Assembly: GCA_013239625.1 (NCBI GenBank)
Contig: MU054187.1
Coordinates: forward strand, 9,195,231-9,259,230
DNA: 64,000 nt
Direction: 5' to 3'
From: Lama guanicoe
Taxonomy: Eukaryota
Shown: positions 38,004 to 50,510 of the stretch, piece by piece
Numbering within the stretch: position 1 is the first letter of the stretch
How the letters are laid out: the number at the start of each line of letters is the position of its first letter
The notes under the pieces: model-generated
What the model was told of the DNA's origin: nothing
What the model saw: only the letters and a program-made list of their open reading frames with translations
The model's database searches: none
Made by a program: the position numbers and the translations under genes

Positions 38004-38059
38004 CTCATGAAGTCATCTACTCCCACCTCGAACAGGAAGTGTTTCTAGTTTCTGGAACC
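38004..38059 (-). pseudogene. Candidate exon with in-frame TAG (GSRN*KHFLFEVGVDDFM), phase 0->2
   Basis: ttttatcttttatag|GGTTCC...ATGAG|gtacct; phase matches the 37758 exon; TAG at 38045-47. Confidence 0.55.
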
Positions 38060-39339
38060 CTATAAAAGATAAAATTTTTTTTAAATTCCTGAAATGTTAA
38101 CTTTTTTCCCCTCTTCACTGACTTCCCAGCAGCTCTTTCTTTACTTCCTGATATCACAGAGACAGAATCAAGTGGGCACAGCCTTGAGTTTCACAATTTG
38201 TGGAGCTGACACATTTATCCAACAGTGTGATTACATTCTTGTCAGCAGTCATTTCCCGCTTTGGGGAGGCCAGGGGTAGTGCGTGGAGGTTGGGCTGGAG
38301 TGAGGGCCAGCGTGTGGGGCACTTAGGCTTTTAGGCCTACTCTGCTGCCCAGGAGGCCTGCCCAGCAGAATGGCCAGGGCCATCTCACTTGTATCCAGGA
38401 GCCTGCAATGTGGGAGTCTGAGTGGGTGGAAGAAACTTGATCCTTTACGAAAGCTGAATATTTTTGGACAGGTTAAGGAGGGGCACACACGGAAAGCCAC
38501 TTTTTATTTACTAAAGGTAAAATGTAAAAACATTGGAAGATTTAAATCGAGAGAGCCACAAGATCAAATTCTCACTCTAGAAAGATTACTCTGGATTACT
38601 CTGAATGAAGAGTGGTTTGGAGATAGGCAGGCAGGAGGTATAACCAGGCTCAAAGATTGTCGTAGGAAGCCAGGCTAGAGGTGACGACGGCCTGAAAGAG
38701 TCAGTGGGAATGATGAGGGGGGGCACTGAGAAGAGCATAGGGATCACAAGGCTGGCTAGGCCTGCTGTCCAGGACCCAAGGCGGAGCGGTACAAAGGTGC
38801 CTCTGTGGTGCCAGGACCACGCCTGAGCGACTCTGTCCTCAGTTCTCCCCTCTGCCCGAGGCCAGGGAAGAACTTGGAGACCTATTAGCACGTTGTCAAC
38901 TGCTTTCCAAAAGGATCTTCTCACTTAGAAGAGAGTGCTAGGAGAGGACTCTCATATGCAGCAAAGGTAGCAGGGCTGGGAGAGAAATCTCTGGGTCATT
39001 TGGAGCAGGACACAACCGGTGACAAGCAAGACAGCAGCCTTTGGGAGGGCCGAGGAGTACTCAGGTGGGTGGCCGAAAAGTCTATGCAGTCCTCTCAGAA
39101 ATTAGATACTGATGCAGCCCAGCTCTGGCTGGTCTTTTAGGTAAAGAAGCTTTTTAAGGGGGAGGAAAAAGGGGATTAGAACTTTAAGGGACAGCATACG
39201 TAAAAAAAATTTCCCTAACCATATTTGTATCCCTCCGTTCCCTGCTCCCCTATATTTTAGGGACCACCTGAATGGTGAATGTTGGAGGCCAGACTTTTGC
39301 CTGGTGAAGTCGACTGCATTACTGTTATATAACTATCTG

Positions 39340-40898
39340 CTCTCTCCTTGCCTCCCTCCATTGATGTTATGTCTGACCGTGTGACTTGCTTTGGTCAATA
39401 AAATGTGAGCAGAGGCTAAAATTGCACTTGTGTGGTTTGGCTTAGCCTTTTGCATCCCTGCCCTTTGCCATAAGAAGGGCCCCCTCCTTCGGCCTGAGTC
39501 CTGGAGTAGGGGCAGAGAAGCAGAGCTGAACCACCTGTAGGCTTGAGGCAGAGCCACTGCAGGCAACCTAAATCCATGAGCAAGATGCCTTTGTTTAATA
39601 AGTCATGGAGATCTGGGGGTTGTTTAATTACACAACTTCATTGCAGTAAAAGTTGACTACCATAGAAATTTGTCCTGAAAAATGTGACATCACTTAGACA
39701 AAAACTTAAAATGTGTCCTTGGCCTTGGGACTGAACAGTAAGCAGTAAGAAAGTGTTGGAAACTGGAAAAATGACAATCCATATAATGTAGTAGCCATAG
39801 TTGGTAAAACTGTCACCTAAGATAACTTGAAGACAGAAAATGTATCTCATGAATGTGTGGTTTTGGGTGAAGAGATTTCAAGATAGACTGTACTAGCATG
39901 AGTCTGTTGCTGCCTTTGATAAGGTCTTTCAAGAAGGAACTGACCTGCTTGTAAGCAGGGATGAAAGAGCAGTGACTCTGTAAATTCCAAGATTTGCAAA
40001 TTTGAATAATAGAACTGTTTCTCATCTTCAAATAGAACAAGAAAAATTGAGAAATGTTTAAAGCCACAAAGGCTGATTAAAACCCTCAAAAAGACCCACT
40101 CTCAGGACAAAGTTCAAATAAAAATCACTATTATACTCTCTGTAAAACCTCTGAATGGATCCAGTAAATTCCTTCATCTGGACAAAACATCTCATAGAAA
40201 AGAGATAAGGACTAGGTTCCACAAAGCTTGATAAACTCAAAGTACCTGTAATTAAATCCATAGAGAGGGAGGAATGACCTGAAAATGATGTGGATATGGC
40301 TGTTCCCTCATGAAAATAACTTGAATCACACACACACACAAAATTTTAATAGTATTTCAGAGAACTTTAGGTCCCGAAGCAGCCTTGCCTGGATTAAAAG
40401 AGACTATGACTTTTTTTTCTCTTAAATGAGACTGACTCTGAGTCATAAAAAAAAAATCTTAGGATAATAATAATGCATCAATATTGGTTCATTAATTGTG
40501 ACAAAAGTATCATATTAATGTAAGATGTTGATAATAGGAGAAACATGGTGTTGGGTATATGGGAACTCTCTGTACTACCTTAGCAACTTTTGCATAAAAT
40601 TAAAACTATTATCAATAAAGATTTTATTAAAAAAAGAAGACTTTAGAGTCCCCAACATTCCCCAGGCAGCTAGCAGGATGAGGCATCCTGTCTCTGTTTC
40701 ACTATGGTTTGTGGTATTCCACACAATCTGGGATTACGGTATCCCAGAATGAAAGACCCATGGAACATACCTGAACCTGACTCACAGCTCAGAGTAGAGG
40801 TGCCACAGCTGCCCAGCCAATCTGTAGGCAAGATGCAAATGTTTTGTTATTGCAAACCACTAAGAATTTTTGGTACATACCAAAAACTGATTAATACA
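39340..40898 (+). mobile_element. Degraded MaLR LTR-internal-(partial LTR), with an old L1 3' end inserted at about 40460-40617
   Basis: LTR 39340-39663; internal aaaatgtgtccttggccttggga... resembles 13330-13700; L1 tail atatgggaactctctgtactacc. Confidence 0.6.
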
Positions 40899-41135
40899 TC
40901 TGACAAAGGTTCCCAAAGAACTGAGGAACCACATTGTATGGGATTTAAGCCTATTAAAGGTGAGAGATTAGGTGGAGGAGAAAGTTAATGATCAGCTCTA
41001 TCTCAATCTCTAGATAATCAGCTCTACCTCCAAAATCAGGTTAGAGTATTCCAAACCTCATATGGAGAAGTCATACTAGAAATGCTGTCATAGGAATTCA
41101 TTAGATTGAGATACAGAATGCTAATGAATATTTAC

Positions 41136-41174
41136 CTTTGAACTTAGATAATTTTTATGCAGAAAACACAAATC
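41136..41174 (-). pseudogene. Candidate exon (DLCFLHKNYLSSK), phase 0->0
   Basis: gattttgtcattag|GATTTG...TCAAAG|gtaaat; 39 nt, open. Confidence 0.5.
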
Positions 41175-41247
41175 CTAATGACAAAATCTCAACTGTGTTT
41201 TTCTGATAGCTATCTTGAAGGCAATTATTAAAATAAGCATCTGAGAA

Positions 41248-41361
41248 CTAACAATATGGAAACAAATTGGGTAACCTAGAAGAAATGGACAACTTTCTGG
41301 AAACATATAGTCCACCAAGACTGAATCAAGAAGAAACTGACCAATTGAACAAACTGATCAC
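41248..41361 (+). mobile_element. LINE-1 ORF2 internal fragment
   Basis: [26 protein letters not shown], the ORF2 region downstream of the endonuclease. Confidence 0.9.
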
Positions 41362-42000
41362 TATTCATTTTCATATTCTTTTTCATTATAGGTTACTACA
41401 AGATATTGAATATATTTCTCTGTGCTATACAGCATATACTTATTATCCATTTTATATATATAATAGTTAGTATATGCAAATTTCAAACTCCCAATTTATC
41501 CCCTCCTATCCCCTTTACATCTAGTAACCATAAGTCTGTAAGTCTGTTTTTGTTTTGTAAATAAGTTCATCTGTGTCTTTTTTTTTAGAGTCCACATATA
41601 AGCAATATTATATGTTACTTTTCTTTCTCCTCCTGGCTTCACTTAGAATGATGACCTCCAGTCCCATCCATGTTGCTGCAAATGGTGTTATTTTATTCTT
41701 TTTTATGGCTGAGTAGTATTCCATTGTGTATACACACCACATCTTCTTTATCCATTCATCTGTCGATGGACATTTAGGTTGTTTTCATGTCTTGGCTATT
41801 GTAAATAGTGCTTCTATGAACACTGGGGTGCATGTGTCTTTTCAAGTTATAGCTTCCTCTGGATATATGCCCAAGAGTGGGATTGCTAGATCATATGGCA
41901 AGTCTACTTTTAGTTTTTTAATGAACCTCCATACTGTCCTCTGTAGTGGCTGCACCAATTTACATTCCCACCAACAGTGTAGGAGGGTTCCTTTTTCTCA
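41362..42000 (-). mobile_element. LINE-1 ORF2 end/3'UTR fragment
   Basis: ttctttatccattcatctgtcgatggacatttaggttg...cattcccaccaacagtgtaggaggg. Confidence 0.92.
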
Positions 42001-43289
42001 TAGAGTTTGTTTTAAAGAGAACTGACCTGTGCTCAATGACTACAAACCACTTTAACAGGTTTTACTTGTTTATTTAAGAGACAGTTTAAAAAAAGATACT
42101 TATTTTTCATTTTTCCTGGCATTAACTAGGGACAATCTTGCCACAATTTTACTTTACAAAACTACAAGGAAGAAACACTCAATTTGATGTTCATATGAAA
42201 CATAATTACCCACTTTTCTTCCTTTACAACATGTACTCCATAGACAGGATGACAAGCCAAGAGCTACATAATACACTGCCTGCCATTAATAACAAGTATG
42301 CTTCTTTGAAATTATTTTACAATAACACTTATTCAAAATATCCTTTACTTGAATTTTGGACTATTATGAATATGATAGCACTTTAACAAGTATTACCTGT
42401 TTCAAATCAAAGATATAAAAAGGAATTAATTGAAAAAATGAATTGACCAGGTGCAATCATAAACAAGTATTGTAAATTTTAACATGAACAAAGTTTCACC
42501 TCTTCCCGTGACTCTTAAGGTGGTTACACTGGCAGGCTCAGGGTACCCACGCCAGCATTGTAGAGAGATGCAGCTCCTCCATCTTGCCTTAAAGAAACGT
42601 CACACATTCTTCAAGGCTCATCACAAAGGCCACCTACTGAATGAGACTTTCTGGAGTCTCCCAAGCATACGTGGTCTCTATTCCTTTAAGTTCAGACAGT
42701 ATCTGATTTATCTCTCCACAATAATGGTAAAGATAATAATAGCCAAAAATCCCACTGGCTTATCATTGAGAACTTCCAATATGCTTCATCCATGTTAAAC
42801 TCTACATTCACAATCCATCTCATTTCTTCTTTACAGCACTCCTGCAAAGCCGGTATCATTATTTCCACTTTACAGATAAGGAAACTGAAGATTTGAACTC
42901 AGGATTTAACTCCAAATATGGTAATTTTAACAACTCTGCCAGAATACTTGGTTTGCATTTGAACTGTGTATGACATCTGTCTCACTACTCAGTAGAGGAG
43001 TTCTTTGGGCAGGTACCATATGTGACCATCTCTGTATCATGTTATATTCCTTCATGGTGTCCTGCATAGTGAGTAGTAAAAAATACTGTATCTCTCATAT
43101 TCCAAAAAGCAGCTACTTTTTCCACATTTAAATGTCTCTTAAACTGGAGCATACGCTCAATTGGTGTTGATTTACATGGTAGTCTTTTCCTTCCTTTCTT
43201 TCCTAAAAAGCTATCATTAGCACTTAGGTGTTTCCTCCCAATGTAATCTAAGGATCAAGCAGTAGTTAAAATTGGGTAGAAATTTAACC

Positions 43290-44845
43290 ACATAGAGAGA
43301 AGATTGGGTCACTGTGGAGATAAATTCCTTTAGATTTCTGAATGACTGAGTATTAAGCAGAGGAGGAATTCATCGGGGAATCCATTTGAAAGTGAAAAGG
43401 AAATAATCAGAGGTAGCTGAGTAGAAACAAAAAGTTGTGAGTTCAGTGGGTTTCAAGGGAACATGCAGAGTTTATGCTTACACCTTTGTGATTCCCAAAC
43501 TCAGGTAAGACAGAAACAGAGATGATCGGTAACGAGGAGGCTAGGTCCATCTGACTCTGCACATACTCCATTCCCAGATGTACTGGCAATGACATTAGAA
43601 TGAGAAAAATCGCATGACAATACTGTAAACAGTCTTTTAGGCAGGGACACGAGTAGTCTCTCTACTAACTGTAGCTTGAAGAAGTCCTGGGAGAGCTTGG
43701 GAGTGACGTCACAAAGGGAGTCATTAGGTATAAAATGATATCAAGCCTGAGTTCTTCTGTATCCTCCTTGTCTTGCCTTGGACACTGGCATTGTGGCTTG
43801 AAAGAAAACATAGTAGATTATTCTTTCCATCAGCTTGGCCTGGAAGAGGAGGAAAGAGAACTGAAAGTAGCTGTCTTGAGAAGACGTGTCTAGGTTTAAG
43901 GAAAGGTTTGTGTTTTTATAAATAGGAGACTTGAGAACATTTTTATGCTGAGAAGAGAGTCAACAGAGAGAGAGAGAGACCGCATAGAAATTAGCTGAAG
44001 GGGATAATAAAAGGAGCAAGTTCCTTAAAATAGCAGTATTGAATGGGGCTCAACGCACAGAGGGACGTCATTAGCATTGATCTAAAGGAGGGATGCTTTT
44101 TTGACTGAGCTGAAGGAAGGAGTTAAGGTGGGGGTGCAGACATGGATGCATTCAGAGTGGTGTAGGGTTGGAGTTGGAAGAGAGAACATTTAATGACTTC
44201 TGAGTTCTTCGCAGAGAAGAGACACACTGCTAAGAATGAGAGGAAAATAGGAAAGACAAAGGGCTTCAGAATATTGGAGAAGGTTGACAATGACTGTGTG
44301 GTAGACAATGGAAGAGCTGCCTTGTGTTGAAGGCATAACTGAAATTGCAGACTGTTTGTAGTGCGGGCAGTCTGCACAGTGTTATGAGTTTCTTCAACCG
44401 TGATATCTATTTGAGATAAAGAAAGGGGAGAAGATGCAGAATTACCAAGGGCTCAGTTGTAGCTGAAAGAATTCAACAGGACACTGGAGCAAAGCATATA
44501 AAGTGTGCACGAGAGACTGGCTGATGGGAGGGTGGCATTCTAAGCTAAACAGGGTAAACTGGGAAATTGGTATGGTCAATGGATGTAGGCTCCTGTGAGT
44601 TTCAAAGAGCAGTTTAATAGGAAATAGTGGGTTTGGAACAACAGAAAGAGATGATCAGAGAGTGACTAGAATTTAAAAATTTAGAACTCAGTGATAACAA
44701 GATCTGGGGGGTGCCATGGATGTAAGTGGAGCCAGCAAAGTTGAGTTGAAGAACTCTGAAGTTGAGGAGGCTAAAGTGTTGGATTAGATCATCCATAAGA
44801 TAATGGAAGCCACCTGTGACAATGTCAGGCATTAAAGTGTTGAGG
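43290..44845 (-). mobile_element. Long diverged L2 body
   Basis: Purine-rich antisense L2-like sequence; flanked by MIR/L2 pieces at 42740-43090 and 45150-45475. Confidence 0.5.
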
Positions 44846-45879
44846 ATGACTTTCCTTACTTAAAAAAATTTAACTGAATTATAATATAATCTACCTTTAA
44901 AAAAATACTTTTTTTTAATCAGTGTTAGGCTTATAGAAAAATCAAGCAGAAAGTATAGACATTCCCATATAATCTTTACTTTTAACCATCCTGTTATATG
45001 TATGTTTTGATCATATGTTCTTTCAAAGCCTTTGGTGTGAATTACAAATAAATGCATATCTTGATTGCACTTTGCAGCACTAAGACATTGACTTGATTAG
45101 AATTTATTAATAACAGATAAACTCTAACCCAGCTGTGCCCAGAAATTCCTTCCTACCTCTCACTCTCACTTTACTTGTCAAAAAATTACCCATTTCACTC
45201 ATTTCATATACCTTCTACTTCATGGAGCTTTTTCTTGATTGCCAGACCCAGATGTCAGTTCTCTCTCCTTTAATATCTCATGGAACTTTGATGATAATTC
45301 TCTTATGAGACTTACACACTGCCTTCTGGTAGAGTCATTTTTGCTATTTAACTTATGCACCATTAGACTCTAAGTTCCCTGAGGAAAATTCTTTAATTCA
45401 TGCCCTGTAGCACCTGGCACAGTGCCTTGTGCACCACAGGTTTGAAATCAACATTTGTGGAAGTAGATGAATTATGAAGTGGAAATACCAACTTCATAAC
45501 TAAAGCTAGGATGTAAATAATCTTTCTTTCAACAAAGGGGCCGACTAAATAATTAAATAATTAGCTCCCTTCAGGCATTTAATAGATGATTTAAAAAATT
45601 TCAACTGAACTAGGAAGCATTCAGTTCCAAAATTTTAACTAAACTAGGAGCAGTTCCTTTGCACAAAATATGTAACCACTGACTTCTGGTTATTTGAAGC
45701 AAATCTTGCTCTCATGTTTTTGTTAACAGAAAGAGTTGATACCAAAGGCTTTTGTTCAGACCTTTCACTGTCTCTTATTTATTTGTGCTCCTTTTGGAAA
45801 CTCTAGCCTAGCTTTTAATTCCAAACATATTACCTTTGCTGATGCAGGGGAAGGTGTCAGTAACATAACTCATTTCAGT

Positions 45880-46105
45880 ATGATTCAGTCCGGGAGAGAG
45901 AGCATACTACCACTTGACTCAAATGTTCCTCAGGTTCAGTCTCGCCTCTGCTCACTACTACGGAGCTCAAGGAAAACTCTACTTCTCTGAACTATGTCTT
46001 TATAGATAAAATGGCAATAATGATATGCCTACCTCACAGGAGAGTGGTGATGACAAAATATAATGTACGCCAAGTGCCTGATCACAAACTCAATAAATGA
46101 TATAC
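45880..46105 (+). mobile_element. MIR SINE
   Basis: cttctctgaac...aaaatggcaataatgatatgcctacctcacagg. Confidence 0.7.
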
Positions 46106-46819
46106 TCCCTTATCCCTGAGATATGATTGTATCCACCTCTGTCACACGTGTAAGAAGTAGAAAAACTTTCTGAAAAGGTGGCTTGGTGGGAAAGTTAGAC
46201 CAATACCAGCTCCAGTCTCTGGGAATGTAGATCTTCACAGTGTGTCTTATGTTTGGTTTAAGCATTTCCAAAAGAGTAAGCTGTCCTGTCCAGATGGAAT
46301 TACACAAATGTATTATAAAGCCAAATATAAATATTTTTTTATTTCCTAAGATATTTGTGTTCTTGGTCCTATATATGACTTTCTATTCTTCAGAGAGGAG
46401 CCACATAGTAAAGGCAGTCTTACAGGGATCACCTTACAGGAACTAAACCAAGAAGTCCCTGAGTCGTTAATTACCTTACAGCATAAAATGTCTCTGCTAA
46501 TGACTTGAGCATTATATTTCTTGGATCTGTGATCACTTGTTATTTTAACCTTTCAGAGCCAATAATTTTAAAGCATTCAGCTCAAACTACAGTACTTTTA
46601 TTGAGTTGGAAATGTTTTATTGCAGTTTGGCTGACATTTTCTTTTACTAATGTCATTAGCACTACTTAAAAATGAATTATGTTGGGGTGCACAGTACCAC
46701 CTCTGTTTTGAGAAAATATTATGATTTATGAGTACATGAGGTGGGTCTCATTGGAGCAAACGTTAGCAACATGTATCTTTCTGATTCTCCAAGCATGCTT
46801 ACATTTATATTAAGCTTAC

Positions 46820-46889
46820 GCAATTTGGCTTGGAAAAAGGCCTGGATTTAGACTCATTTTTTTGGGATATGTTGAATTCTCATAACATC
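46820..46889 (-). pseudogene. Candidate exon (CYENSTYPKKMSLNPGLFPSQI), phase 1->2
   Basis: actctcctttaaag|GATGTT...ATTGC|gtaagc; the single open frame matches the phase of the 52796 exon. Confidence 0.4.
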
Positions 46890-47109
46890 CTTTAAAGGAG
46901 AGTCTAGCTTCAGAGTCAGTAAGGTTTAATAATCTCTAGCACATAGTCTGTTCATATTTCTTAGCTATTTTTCAGCTTTAGCTCCCGGTAACTGTTGTAT
47001 TGCTAACACTGGTGTTCAGTGGGTCACTGGAATCAAATTAGTGCAGGCATCTCAAAAGTCAGGTATCAATTGTGTTCATCTACAACATTTTCATATATAG
47101 AAGGTACAA

Positions 47110-47345
47110 AATCAGGGGGTGGGAAGGGATAGGCTGGGTTTCAAAATCTAGAATAGAGAAACAAGATTATACTGTATAGCACAGGGAAATATATGTAAGA
47201 TCTTATGGCAGCTCACAGAGAAAAACTGTGACAATGAATATATATACATGTTCATGTATAACTGAAAAATTGTGCTGTACACTGGAATTTGACACAACAT
47301 TGTAAAATGATTATAACTCAATAAAAAATGTTAAAAAAAATAAAG
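47110..47345 (+). mobile_element. Young camelid-type L1 3' terminus
   Basis: ctgtatagcacagggaaatatat...caataaaaaatgttaaaaaaaa. Confidence 0.88.
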
Positions 47346-47592
47346 GAAAAGTCATTTTAACTTTGGAGAATCCTGAATGGATGGACATAGACTGTAAGCA
47401 TTTTAGTGGAAGAATAAACATTATTTGTGGAAAAAAATCCTAATTAAAGAAAAGTAAAAACAAAGTAAGAGCAAAATTACTTCATTCTCAAATTCTTTTC
47501 TGAGTCTTTTAATAGGGAAAGACTCAGGGTCCCAAAATGTATTTCCTAGGTCTTTGAAAATGCCTTTTGAATCTCTCTAGTTTCTGGGCTAA

Positions 47593-47952
47593 GTACAGGG
47601 ATTCTCAAAATGTAGTCCTGACCATCAGCCCATCATCTGGGAACTTGTTAAAAATATAGAGTCTCAGGCCTCCCTCAGGCCTCAGAACCAGAAACCTGAA
47701 GGCAGGGCCAGCGATCTCTGGTTTTACAGGCCCTCCAGACCCTCTGATGTTCTGCTCTAAAGTTTGAGAACTACAGCAACTGTCCTCAAACGTTTCTGTC
47801 CAGCAGAAGCCCCTGAAGGGTCTGCTTAAACATGGGTCCCTAACTCAGCCCCTGAGATTCAGTGGCAGTAAATCCTGGGAGTTGTGTGGGAATCTGCAAT
47901 TTTTTAAGACTCTGGTGTAGGTGATCTACAGAGGACAATTTGAGAAATTCTG
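47593..47952. mobile_element. MER5A followed by a MER5-like hAT element
   Basis: cagggattctcaaaatgtagtcc...catctgggaacttgttaaaaat...aagtttgagaactac. Confidence 0.75.
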
Positions 47953-50410
47953 GCTTGAAGTGTATTTAAGTATTGACAAAATATTTTTTCCCCCACAAAA
48001 TTCCCTTCTACAACTGAGCAAAAACCTTTGAACTCTGACTTCCAAGTATCTAAAACATTCGTTTAGCCTGAAGAACACCTACTTATGGAGGTATTCCCTC
48101 ATTGTAGGTGTCCCTCAGCCCACTGCCAGAGGAACGGAAACCCGTGGGCTCCAGCTGTGAGGCTTGACCCACCCCTTCCACAGGTGTGACGGGTTTCATC
48201 CCAGAAGCCTATGCTCTGGGAGAAGGGATGTAACCCATACATCTGCAGAACATAAGTACATGCTCAGCCAATAAAAAATGCAAGCAAGGATCTAATTTCG
48301 TTTTCCTGAGATGGTACTAAAAAAGATCACCTAGGGAAAAGGGAGCCCTGTCTTTGCAAATCCTGCCAGGAAAACACTCTGTTCTGCAAAATTACCTTAA
48401 AAGGAAGTTTGGGGAATTAGTTATTTAATTCATGGACACTACTAAAAATATTAATGAAAGTAAGGAAATTGTTGGTTAGTTTCATGCTTCTTATAGTGGA
48501 TCTCTGTTTACTCTACAGGTCTTTCCACTTTGTGTGGTAGAAGGAATATGATAATGAGTATTTTGGATAACAAAAAAATAAAATAAAAAGAAAGCTGCAT
48601 GCTGTATACTGGCCTCACACTATGCTGTTTAGCTAGTTGTGATATAAAAATCTATTATAACATTCCTGGTTCAACTGAGAAAGAACTGATACTCATAATA
48701 TTTACAAGGTATTTTTTTCAATATTTTTGTGTTTTACTTTCTACTGCATTTGACTTTTTAATAGTAAAAATAATAATGCTTGCTAAAGAAGTCAAACACT
48801 ACAGAGCTGTATATGTGAATATAAATGTCCCATTTCTCCCTCCAATTTTACCTCCTAAGAACATGTATTTCAAATAGCCTTTTCTCCTTAATTTAAGAAC
48901 AATACATGTCCATTCTAAAACATTTAGAAAAGGCAGACAAGCAAAAGAAGTAAATCACACATGGTCTGCCATTCTGATATAACCACTGTTAATATTCTGG
49001 TGTAGATCTTTCAATTTCCCAACATGTGTATTACTAAAAATGGTAACTACTTCTTTGCAGCTGATCTTTTTCGCTCATTACTATTTTGTGGGCATTCTTC
49101 CATATCATTAAAATGGAGAATCTTGTACTTCCTGAAACATGATATGCAATATGTGCCACAACTGATGCATGAGGTGATTTTTTGGTTCTACGTGACCACA
49201 TTTTAAACATTTTAATGGTTACATATTTTGTTTGGAGTAACTGAAACTATAGGTAGTACATTGAGCCTGTAGTTTTGCAGATACCGTTGCTTGTAACAAT
49301 GCTAACAGAGGTAGCACTGGGTTAACTGACTTTACGAAGAATGTGTGGATTACAGTGTGATCTTAGTCATGTCCAAGAACGTTTCAGATAACTTCTTGGA
49401 ATTGATGAGTGTGAGAGTGATGAGATCACCCCATCAATCCCAGTGTTCCCTTTCAATGACAAAGTTTTAACTTGCCTTGCCCAATCCCAAAATGATAGTC
49501 ACAGATAGCCTACCTATCTACATAATCTAATAAAGATCAATATAACACCCTACCCTAGACAAAAAGGAGAAATAAGAGAGAATAATTCATGTAAAAGAGT
49601 ACCCATTTCAATGAATTTGGTGGTTCGTCTGGACTACCATGGTGGACATGATGGGAGATTCACTGAGACTGTGAAGCTGCAGGTGAGTTTCATGGTGATT
49701 CAAACACTATGAGCAGCATGACCATTGGTGATGTTGATTTTCCAAAACTGGGAACGACTTTTGGCAAAGTTCTGAACAAAATAAAATATGGTCTTCCCTG
49801 ATGTACAAAGTAGCTGCATTTCTGGAAAAATCAGCATATATTAAAGCTCGGTAAAAAATTTACATTTACATGTTAAATGGATTTAGGTTTGTGTTAGGTA
49901 ATTACAAATAACATTTAGGTTTGGCTCAAGTAGGTGTTTCACCAACTTGGCTTTTGTACAAGACATGTGAAGTCTCTTGGAATTACTGGTCAATTCCTGG
50001 TCACGTGAGACCACACCTGGCATTGCAGGCTGTCTAACATCTCTGGCCCCAGCCCAACAAAGGCAGCAGTACCTTCAACCCTCAACTATGAAAACAACAA
50101 AACAACAAAACATCCAGATTTCTAAAATGCTTCCTAAGCAGTAGCACAGTTTCTGAGAACTATTTGTAAAAACTGTACAGAGAGTTAGTGCAATTACTAG
50201 CACCAGCCCCCTGACTACTCTAACAGCTGACTGCTCATGTGACAGCTGTGCTCTTTTCTGAGGTACATCAAACGGTCACTTTCGGAAGCTAACAATCATA
50301 TAGTACGCAAGGTATGTATAAATATACATAACTGTGATTTAGAATCAGACATGTACTTCATTCTTCTTAGTGAGCCTGCTATATATGTATCAGTGAAAAA
50401 ACAGATTTTT

Positions 50411-50510
50411 TTTTGAATAATCTTTCTAAATGGAGGTACTGGGGATTGAACCCAGGACCTCCTACATGCTAACCATGTGCTCTACCACTGAGCTATACAT
50501 ACCCTCCCCC
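50411..50510 (-). mobile_element. Vic-1-type tRNA-derived SINE (camelid)
   Basis: Reverse complement gggggagggtat...agctcagtggtagagcacatgg...gaggtcctgggttcaatccccagtacctcca with A and B boxes; TSD aaaaacagattttt at 50397-50410 and 50513-50526. Confidence 0.88.

Noticed and set aside
49630..49690. Plus-strand ACCATGG ... CAG|gtgagt as a first exon
   Set aside because: The ATG frame stops before the donor and I found no phase-consistent plus-strand exon chain
50430..50500. tRNA-like sequence
   Set aside because: Has a TSD, a tail and a degenerate structure, so it is a SINE rather than a tRNA gene
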